DNA of 64,000 nucleotides, taken from positions 71,572 through 135,571 of the forward strand of contig DF237171.1 in the NCBI GenBank assembly GCA_000708835.1, written 5' to 3'. This stretch comes from Klebsormidium nitens. Its lineage: Eukaryota > Plantae > Klebsormidiophyceae. Below, one piece after another: positions 54,201 through 64,000 of the stretch (the first letter of the stretch is position 1; each line of letters opens with the position of its first letter). Position numbers and translations under genes: made by a program. The notes under the pieces are model-generated. The model did not search any database, was not told the DNA's origin, and saw only the letters and a list, made by a program, of their open reading frames with translations.

Positions 54201-56081
54201 CGTATCCGAAAATGGCCGTCAGCTTCTTGGCGAAGCGGCCGAGCTGGTCGTTGTGAAATGCGCGGCTGCTTAGGGTCACGCGCTGCACCTGGTCGATCAG
54301 CGCCTGCACGATCTTTGGGTGGCAGTGGCCCTGCAAACAGAAGCGTAAGACTCAGACGCATAGACTACCCGTTTTGCAAGGCCTTTTGATTCAGGAAATA
54401 TGAAGATATGAAGGATTCTTAAATGGAAGCGCAATTCGTTCAGAGAGCAATCTTCGCGAAAGCACTATTCTAAAGCTCCAAAGAGGGGGACAGGTACCAA
54501 GGGGGACTTGTGCTCTGAGAGGGAGTTGTAGCCTCAGAAAACGCAACAGGGGGCCAGTTCCGACGAGCTAAAGGGAATTGAGCCTCAGACTGTTTGCGAC
54601 ACTGAGCCGTACGGAAGCAGAGGGGTGCAGTTCCAAAAAGCTAAGAGGGTGATGAGCCTCAGAACGTGGGAACAACAGAGACCTTAGGAGTTTTTGTGAG
54701 ATACTCTTTTGAAAGGAATTGGCCAAGTTTCTTTCACATTGAAGGCTTCAAGCCTTGAGGAAAACGTCGGTAAAGAAAAGTTTTTGAGTATGACCAGGTC
54801 AATAGGTCAGAGGGATTCTGGCCCTGCTAGTAATGTTAGATTCAGATAGCTCAGAGATAAAGTATCCATTTTTTTTAATCCTCCAGAAGGTATGATTGGG
54901 GCAAGGACATGGGGTATCGTTAAACAGGATGTGAAAAGCCGAAATGCTGGCAGCCTTCGGAGCATGGCCTCTAATACCCCAATTGTACAAACTGGCAGCT
55001 GGCTTGGCAGAAGTGTCAGGAGTGCTTGGTCAATGATGAGCAACTCAGGAGGAAACTGGCAAGACTGTTTTTCATCCCGGCATGTCCTACTTTGAAGCTG
55101 TTGTATTTTGGGCAGCATCATGTATATTGGGCGGCATTATGCACACCATCAGAAGCAAGAGCCAACATGTGGTCCAACAGCTTCGGGTCGCTTTTGGCGT
55201 ACTTTCAGCTGAAGTGAGTGCGATGTTTCACCTGGTTGACAGCGGAGTAGGCGCTCAGAAAATCGAGGTAGTGACGGCCCTCGGGGTCCCACACGTCCGC
55301 CCCCCTGGCCTTGGCAAAGACGACGGGGAGAGGGTGGTAGCTGCAGCAAAGAAACATTGACTGGTCAATGTTCCGAGACGAGTTTAATTGGCGGTTTCTG
55401 TGTATGGTCATCTTGAGAAGCTTGAAAGGGGCACTAGGATAAAACGCTTTGTGACATATTTGGAACCTTTGAGGAAGGAGCAGCTATGTTAGAGGTAGTT
55501 GAAGGGCTAGCTGAATCACTCCGGGCGTGACGGGGCGAGTATTGATGTTCTTACAGAAGAGCAGTAAGAGGGCATCTCTTAATCAGCTGCCTTCACTTCG
55601 AAGAGTGCGCCACCAATGAGCCCCAATCCAACCGGACGATACGAAAATGCGCCATGTTAAACGCCCCATTCCAAACTGAGAAGCAAAAAGAGGCTGCTCT
55701 AGTTAAAAAACTGAAGAACGTCAACTCGCGGCAGGCGCTGGCCAAGCATTTGAAAGGGTCCGTACCTGGAAAGGGGCGTTCAGCAGATGCAACTATCCTA
55801 TAAACCTGAACCCCGAGTGCATCTAATGCAGGTATTGCACCGCTCATATTCGCAATAATGAGGCAGACAGACAGGATAAGAAGCAAGGGGGAAGAAAGAG
55901 ACACATACTTATGTGCGCTGAACTTCTCCTCGAGGTCGATCAACTCGTTGGTCGCTTGATTCCCTGGGTGACTATCTGCGGTCGCAGCCACTGCCCCTCG
56001 GAAGATGGTCGATCGGTATCCACGGTGCAGCTGCAGCAGCGGCTTCGAGAAGACGTCTCGTCTGAGCGCCATGAAGGCCAT
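51293..56081 (-). CDS. OAT: Ornithine delta-aminotransferase, mitochondrial-type presequence, 7 exons, ~484 aa
   Basis: Exons 56081-55909, 55340-55232, 54330-54025, 53571-53431, 52958-52806, 52413-52235, 51686-51293 (1455 nt). Motifs: [62 protein letters not shown] (PLP lysine), [16 protein letters not shown]. Confidence 0.97.
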
Positions 56082-56952
56082 TCTGCTTGTTCCTGGGAAA
56101 GGAACTGGGGGGATTACCTTGGCGCCCGCTCAATGCATACCAGAGAAAGCCCGCCGCAACCTGCCGAATCCCACACCTTTTCCTGCATCAATCAGCGCAT
56201 TCCGCACAATAAATTCACTGCTTTTCTGAAAGCAGCACACCCTTTCAATCTATTTGCGGCGGAACTCAACAAGGCTGCCACGAATGATTGCAACACAAAC
56301 CTTACAAAAATGTGAGAGAGCACACGGGTTGAATTTGGTTGAATTCTCAAGAAGTGGAATCTTTTCTGTTGCATGAACGCGGTTGCAACGCCCTGCCACA
56401 TCAGCATTTTCCGAATTTGGTCTGTACCGTGAGGTCATCTTGGCCTATACTGCTCTCTTATTACGCAAATTTATGACGGTGAATCTCAACCGGTCGTCCT
56501 CACGGGTTCGATCTTAGGCCTTCTAAGCCCGGTATCCCGCAAAATGTGTGCCTCCCAATTACCCTCTTTCCCTGCAGCTATCAAGAATATTACACCAGCT
56601 TTTATGACTGTTGAGTGAATACAGGGGGAGCGCTTTGGCAGCGCATCAACCTCGTGGTCCAGCAAAGCAAAAGCGCATTTGCTTGGTGCGATTGATGGCT
56701 CTCTTTTCACGTTGTTTCACGTGCATCACATGGTTCTCGTGGCAGTGGCCGCACTTGCAGGAGTTGCTGCTATGCCGCTGCGAATTCCGAAACTTAAAGT
56801 GCCGCATCCAAGCTCAACTTTGAGTTCAAGCGTTGTTGCCAATTGTGACAAGTGCCTTTCAGGAGGACGGGCGTCCCCGGGGCCCTTGAAGATTGAGGGG
56901 TTCAAGAAATAGTTTAGATGTTGGTGCTTCAGCATGTGGGGGTGTTCGTGTC

Positions 56953-59900
56953 ATGGAAGATGTTTCTGTAGGAAATGACGTCTCCACTGTGATACAGTGC
57001 GTCGAGGACTTGATCGACTTTCTGGGGCAAGCATATGCAAATGTGCGCACATCCTCTGCAGTCAGTGAACAAGTCTCCGAGGATTTAAGAGAAGGAATCC
57101 GCTTCCTCCAACAACTTCCAATTGTTGAGGTGAGCTAATACGGAATCCTTCCTTTGTAATCCTCTCATTCTTTGCTTGTCCCAAAGGTGAGATGTTCTTG
57201 CCAGCATTTGAGGTGCACTTTTCCACCACCCTTGGTGAAGGCTTCTCCACACTTACGAATCGTTCCTGTGGGGCCACGATGTCATTCAAGGGAATTGCAT
57301 CAGCAAGCGCTCGACTGACCATTGAAGTTCAACACTCATAAGTTACTCTCATAAAAGCCCTATTGTCTGTATTGGTTGCCAGAAGTGCCTCCATGTCAAA
57401 GTTTACTTGAGACTCTTGCTGACCTACCGGTACTCACATACAGACTGGCCAAGACGCAGATAGGACAGACAAAGGAGCCAGTGCCGGCCCCGCCGCCCGA
57501 TTGCTAAGAAGTGCCCAGAGCTCGTTGGACGCACTCTTGAGCGACGCTCAAGCCACCAGAACCAGAAGTCTCGGCAAGAAGGTGAGCTCTCAGAAAGATC
57601 CCCACGCTGGAGCTTGATATTATCTCCGACCCGACACTTCGAGCTTTGTCTTCCGATTTTGGACCGGGGGGAGTCTAGCATGTCTGCCGCCTTAAAAGTT
57701 TCCTTAGCTCAAAATTGCGGGAATCAAGTGAAAACCGAAGAGTATTCTCGCGGAAGTTCTGGAGTATCTACGCTCCTCTCATCGTGAACCGTATCCTTAC
57801 CCACTCTCCAAGGCCTCACTTCCCGCAACTGACCCTTGTGTCCATCATGTGTTAATGGAAGGTCTCCGTCGGCAGCAGCCATGCGAGCCCCTTACCCGCC
57901 TCATCAGCGGCTCAACCGCGGGTGGCTCCTGGCTTGCCTGGGAAGGGCGTGCATGCTGCTGGCCCTGGGCCTCCTCATGCTCTCCCTTTGGCTGCTCAGC
58001 GTCCAGCAGGTTAGTGCAAAGGCTTCGCTTCATCAAGGTTGTAGCTGAGGGGCAGTGTCCTCCTGCCATGCTCTTGCCACAACAGCAGATGAAAAGATGA
58101 AAATATTGTACTCATCCATTAAACTAGATGCACACAATCCTGCCCCACTCTAGATTGTCAGACTGCGCTCCAATCAAGGCACTACCAGAGTTCCTTTCCC
58201 TCGCGGATTTGTTTCAACTTCTCTCAAGGAGCGTCAAGCTGTAGCTCCGTACTGCCTGCAGAAAACACGATGCCGGACAGCACTCCGTTCCTTTCTGACA
58301 CTGTTTGTCAGATAACCCTTCAGATCAGATCAATCTTGTTAAAATGTTATCTCACCTTTCGTTAGGTAACCCTCTTGTTGACCCGTCACATACTCCTCCG
58401 TCCCTTTGTTTGCAGGCCAAGCGGGGCAGCGTGCACCAGTTTCCGGACCTGCTGCTCCTGGCGGCCCCCGTCCTGGTCGTCCTCTTCCTGTGGCTCCAGC
58501 TGGTGCGAAAACCCTTCCGAAGGGGGGTCCTGTCGGCTCGGGGGCAGCCCCCCCGGAACCCCCTCGCAGCGGCGGCCTCCGCAGCAATCGCAATTCTGTA
58601 GAGTTAAGCAGCAGCGAAAAAGGTCCGGGTAAACGGTCAGTTGAAAGACTTACACCCGGGGACTTGTACGTTGCGAGGGGGGGTGCCGAACAGGGGGGTG
58701 CTGTGGTCCAGCAGACGTCGGTCTTTGAGAAGGAAGGCGCAGGCGGCGCCTCTTCTGGGGTTCGCTTTCCCGCCATCGAGGCATTGCGCTTGCCCACTTC
58801 CTTTCGGAGGGCGCTCAGTAGGTTCCACACGAGGGTTGCAGAGAAGGGTGGAGAAGGGGCCTTCGGCGATGTTAGCCGGGCGGGTGCTAGCATCGAGATT
58901 GATGCACCTTCACCGGGGCTTCCCTTAGTAGAGCCGCTTACTGCAACCAGTTACGCTTCTCAACCAAGGCGTACAGGTACTGTGTCAGCAGACGGAAGTG
59001 CGGGTGAAAGGGCGCGCTTCCGATTTCTTAAGCGCCTGGAGCAAGGAACAGACGCGGAAGGTCGTCCTAACGTTTCTACAGCCACGTTGCTTGAAGCGGC
59101 TGATTTTTCGCCTGTGGGACTCGCCTCCAAGGCAGTCCAAAACTCGGAAACTGAAGATGCGGTGTTCACCCTGCTAAGAGCGCAGTTGGCGCTCCTTACA
59201 AGCTTTGAAGGGAAGGAGATCTGGCAAGCCGTGGCACCAGGTGAGGAGACGACGAGTTCAAAAACACATCGTACCCTGTGCTTACTACGGACAAGGTCAA
59301 TCTGAGGTGGCGATCTGCACTCTACGTCACCTGAGACGGCCCTTTTATTTTGCGAATGGCGTTCGACGTCGAGGTATCTGTCCAGACCTTGCACAAATGA
59401 GCCCTCTCGAGCGGACCTGAGCTTTCACCCTGGCCTCGCCCAAAGGAGCCCTCAGAAATATCATGGAGCTAGTCGCTCATAGCAATACCCTCTCTGCTTC
59501 TCTCCAATCTTGCAGGGAGCAGCCACGTGGCCAGGCATCGCAACCGGTGCCTTCGAGCCCTCCTCAGCGGACTAGAAACCCCCAACGCAACGGATCCTTG
59601 TACCAACGTCCCCCAAAAGCGAGTGCCGTTTACGAGCGCCCGCAACAACACAATTCAGACAGGGCTCGAGCCGGCCAGCGAAAGCCGTTACGTTTTGGGA
59701 GAAATGCACGAAGCCTGCGCACCCTCTAACGTGCACTTGTGGCTTCCGCCCATTTGTTGGACAGCTGTAGGTGAGCTTCTTTTCCTCCAAACCGGTCATT
59801 CCCTCCATCTTTTGACCACTTTGAGCGTCCCTTTTTCGGTTACTGTGAATATACTCCGCTAGGAATGTCGCTGATGTGAAATAGCCGTCTCTGCCCGCTC

Positions 59901-60880
59901 ACCTTATCGTACTGCATCCTTCTCGGACAGAAGAAGGGCATAAAATCAACGGCACGTCGACCTTGCAGAGATCAGCCCTGAGAACCTCCGCCAGAGCGCT
60001 GCGGAAGTCGACGTCGTCCCCGCAACCGGCGGCAAAATCCGCGCTATCACATGTTCGTCTGCCAAGGTGACCGCCGCTTTCGTCGTTCCCGCCCTACAAT
60101 CATGCCTTGTTTTTACCTGTTGCCAAAAAAGGTACCGCTTTGTAGAAGAATTGTCACACTGAATTGTAAACGTGTCAATTGGCGCATGTCTAATGCTTCC
60201 TTGAGTTCCCCGTTACCCTCTGCCTTCCAGGAGTCCACTTTTGCTAGCTTCTAATCTGGTTCTCACCACCCATTCCCCCTTTCTTTTGTCGAGTCTCCAA
60301 TTAGAAGTAACTTCTGTGATGTCAAGAAAGGCGCGGTGTGGAGCCGGTTCATACTCTCGTTTCGGCTGAACACAAGCACTACTTTTCTCTGCTTGCATTT
60401 CCTCGACTTTCTGCTCAAGTCATTCGTCTCGACCAGTGTTTGATAGAGTGGCAAATGTCGACGATCTCATGGAAGGGCATCGAAGCTGTCACAATGCTTC
60501 GAGAGCTGAAGCAGAAGCAACACATCTGCCGTGCAGCATATGTCGGCCCTAGCGCACTTGAGCCACTCCATCGAGTGTACGGTCCTGCGGTGCTACTTGG
60601 AAGCAGTCCTGGTGGCACCGCTCGTACAAACATCTTCCGACCAGTAAGACGCCCGTCTTGAACTGTTACGCTCTTCTTTTTTCGAAGCGAAGTCTTTTGG
60701 GGATCGAAACAAGTCTCCCGTGTTTTTTGCAAGTTGATGCTCTTCATGCAGCAATCTGTGATGCCGAATGGACGTTATCCAAAGGCCCGCCCGGAGCTTC
60801 GCGAATTAGTAGCGCATGGCCAGCGTACGGAGTGGACTAAAATCGGCATTCTCGTTCGCATTTTGGTAGCCCGTGCTTGA
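56953..60880 (+). CDS. Uncharacterised protein with a long Pro/Gly/Ala-rich disordered middle, tentative 8-exon model, ~664 aa
   Basis: Phase-compatible chain 56953-57129, 57444-57581, 57862-58009, 58416-59240, 59516-59770, 59969-60066, 60437-60643, 60734-60880 (1995 nt, no internal stop). No recognised domain. The first exon and last two exons are the least certain. Confidence 0.5.
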
Positions 60881-61915
60881 CGCTATACTGGATGGATGCA
60901 GGTTAGAGGTCACAAACTCTTTCCTTGCCCGCTGCCGACTCGCCTACACTCTTCTTTGCACTGAAGGTCGCGGCGCGCTGGCAATCTCTCATAGGGATTG
61001 GCAATGAAAGCCAATCGAGGGGTTTCAGTGGTGGATTGTTATTCGCAGTCACTAGGAACCAAATTCGTAAATTTCGGCACAGCAGTTCTACGATAGAAAA
61101 AGTGTCCTTCACGATTCAGCGATAATGTCACCTTGATTGTCAGGGCAATTGTGCAGGTTCGCACTTGGCCGCCTCCGTTTGGTCTACAACATTGGATAGG
61201 GAATTCTGTTGTGCGTCTCTAGTTGTCTGCCAGTTGAGCATTCTGACGTGTGTCACTCCGGCATTTGTATTGACCATGCATATCGTCTGATCATCTCCCT
61301 CGATCGAGTAGTGATGGAAATGAGCCGCCAGCATGACACAGTCCTGCATATATCCTGCCTGGCTTGTTTCAAGTCAGGCGGCTGCGTGCGCAGTGAACGG
61401 CATGGTTCGCCGAATTATTCAAGGACAGGCTGGCCGCCACGCTTGCACTATTTTGCTGCGTGAGCATGCCACATGGCACTGTGCATATGGTATCTAGCTA
61501 TACATGTGACAGAGTCGATCCTCACGGGATTTGACAATTGCGGACCATGCAATACAATGAACTATCAGATTCGCGATGAACTATACTGCAATATACTTCA
61601 ATATAGGATCGGACTCATGCATATTCATACTTCACATATGGACCGTCGGTACCAAATGTCCGATTGCCTGCGTCCTTAACTACATATATGCGGGGATTAA
61701 ATTAAGCTAGCGCAGTGTTTGATCCAGCAGTCCACCTCGAAATCTAGCTGGCCAATTCTAGCTGTTCAACGGTTTCAATCCCATGGCCGCTCACAGTGCA
61801 TCCGAGCAACAATATCAGGCAGCATACCCAATGACTTCAAGAGTAGAAATACCATCTGAATCTCAGAATGACATGCACACGATTGCCATGGAGCGATGTT
61901 GCTTTGAGACAAAAC

Positions 61916-63506
61916 TCAATTGAATGTAAACCCGTAATTTTTCTTCGTCCGTTCTTCTAGCCTTTTCTTAGCTGCTTCTCTGGCGGCTAATGCAGCTGCT
62001 TCTTCTGCAGTGACAACCTTCGGAGTATCACTCTCTCGTTTCCTTTTTGCTGCGAGGGAGGACCCTACCTCTTTTGCCTTCGCAGTTGCTCCTGCAGATT
62101 GGAATTCAAGTCTTGGTTAACTTGGAAAGAAAGCAGAAGTAGTATAGGGCATTGCAAGGGGCTGATAACCAGCTCCTGGCTCTGATTGAAAGCCAAACAA
62201 TTGTACCGCATCCCGAGTCGTCCATCACCGATACAGTTCCTAGGACCGGCAGTCCTGCATGTGATACTAATGGACACATCTCTGACACAACAACAAGGAT
62301 ACGACAAAATCTGCCAAGCCCAAATGGTAGACGATCACAAACCCAGGAACAGGGCATGCTCCAGATCTCCATCCAGGTTTCCAGCTAGCGCAAGAGACCT
62401 TCGTTCTGACATGTCACTCACAGGCAGTCGTTCTCGAAGTCTTGAACTTGCAAGAGATGTACCAAGGAAACAGTCAAGACCAGCCACCACTCACCTGCTG
62501 ACTTTTGAAGCCCGGTGACGCTTTTTCCTGTACTGCTTTTTTTCGCTACCCCCGCTCCCCCTCCCACCACCGCCTTTCCATTGCCCGTCCCTTCAAGCTT
62601 GCCAGGCATGATTGCATTTGTTTGTCCCTTCAAGCCATTGGCTGGCTCCACACTTGAACTAGACGGCACCGGCTCTGCCCCCTCTCCAGCTTGTGATGAC
62701 GCCTGGGCCGCTTCCTCTTGCGTGGTCCAGCGTCCTGTCAACTCGGTGTAATACAGCCCCGAATTCGGATCGTAAGTGTACTTTGTTTTCGCGTCAAAGT
62801 AGTAACCGGTCTTCTCGTCCAGAATCCACCCTTCTCCGGACACCTCATTGGAAGCAGCCGCAGCTTCTGGTTCTGCTGGCCCTGTGGAACCAGACAAAGG
62901 GACTAAAGTTTACAAAAATGCAAAAGACCGGTAGTGCAACAGGTGGAGGAGAGGTGCAACGGTCCACTTCAAAGCAACGATGGAGGGGCACACCTGCAAA
63001 CAGAGCACTTCCCAGATGGGGGGCACAAAAAGTGTGTTGAATCCTAAGCCATGAGTCTTGCACGACATCAAAAGCCAGTTCAAAAGTACACTCCCTCCAA
63101 CATATTCAGAAACAGAAAGGCAATTGCAGCGTCCCCACAGCTACAGCGTGGTGCTGTTGGGATGTTGCAGCAAACCTGATCAAAACCTGAACAAACAGTG
63201 ATACGACTACTATAAATGGGCCTTGCCTGCTGAGACGGATGCCGGCTCAGCAGCGCTCTGCTGGGCCAGATCCTTCTCATATTGCCGCCGTGCCTTCCAC
63301 TCAATTCTTTCCAGGTCCCTGTCCACCTGTTCCTTTTCGCGCTTCTCGACCACGTTCCTCCTCCGCATGTCCGCCAGCCGCTTGGCAACATTCTCCTTGT
63401 GCCGCAGGCCATTCTCGTGCATGCCCTTGCTCGCCGCATTGTTAGCGATGAAGGTCTTGCAGTACTCGCAAAAGTGCTGCTTCTGAGACACCCAGTACTC
63501 CGTCAT
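61916..63506 (-). CDS. ZOP1: U1-type zinc finger plus OCRE domain protein (ZOP1-like splicing factor), 3 exons, ~280 aa
   Basis: Exons 63506-63227, 62881-62495, 62091-61916 (843 nt). MTEYWVSQKQHFCEYCKTFIANN...HENGLRH (ZnF_U1), aromatic octamer repeats GWILDEKTGYYFDAKTKYTYDPNSGLYY (OCRE), C-terminal KRKRE...EEAAALAAREAAKKRLEER. Intron 1 needs a GC donor. Confidence 0.88.
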
Positions 63507-64000
63507 ACTGCCGACTGCTCTTTAGAACAAGGGAAGAGAGACAGCACTATGCACCGTACAACGACGTCAGCAGCTTTCTCCAACTCCTGACTGGCACCGA
63601 TCAGACATTAAAGAATACAACCACTCAGACCGAAAGAACACTGAGTAAGGCTGCTCCAGAGGAGCTACTGCACTGTGTGCCTGTTTGCCACATCGCCGCA
63701 AGATCGCCGCCAACTTTCTTCACTCAACCTATTGCAAAAAAACCCGGGAAGCTGATAACAACCCCTTCAATTTGGCAGTCTGCGGCATCAAACGAGCTCC
63801 ATCTCTGTGGACAACCTTGTCCCCGTGGCTTGAAAGCAAGTGATGAACTTCTGTGACCCTGGCTGACACTGACAGTGAAACTTAGAGCAGCGCTCAAACC
63901 CTTCAAACGCTCATGTGAATGCGATTGAGCGCTGAGCAGTGACTCTGAGTCTGACTCTGAGCGCTCAGATCAGCTAGGCCCTCTGCAAATTGGGCCGAGC

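Noticed and set aside
54470-54670. Degenerate ~45-70 bp repeats containing AGCCTCAGA in OAT intron 2
   Set aside because: Too diverged and irregularly spaced for a CRISPR-like or functional array. Probably an old tandem duplication.
56491-56513. CACGGGTTCGATC resembles a tRNA T-loop / Pol III B box
   Set aside because: No A box, cloverleaf or acceptor stem could be built around it.

Overview
Eukaryotic, intron-rich nuclear DNA with GC3-rich exons and land-plant-like proteins, most consistent with a streptophyte green alga (Klebsormidium-like; this is inference). I reconstructed 12 protein-coding genes by hand from splice sites and reading-frame phase. In order: a partial WD40-like gene (-), UDP-glucose 4-epimerase (-), allantoinase (-), a secreted M43 pappalysin-type metalloprotease (+), TTC5 (-), poly(A)-binding protein (+), a pathogen-related (barley PR-like) protein (-), an SSAT/NATA-like GNAT (-), CCA-adding enzyme (+), ornithine aminotransferase (-), an unidentified ~660-aa gene (+, tentative) and a ZOP1-like U1 zinc finger/OCRE protein (-). 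No rRNA, tRNA or CRISPR was supported. The most notable non-coding structures are: a 112-nt foldback hairpin with a perfect 22-bp stem (39512-39623); four tandem copies of the 3' splice site and start of the last PABP exon, which could give MLLE-less isoforms; a complete 382-bp hAT-type MITE with TIRs and an 8-bp TSD in the allantoinase/protease divergent promoter; an inverted telo-box pair upstream of TTC5; and two probable GC-AG introns. All exon coordinates are manual predictions without transcript evidence.
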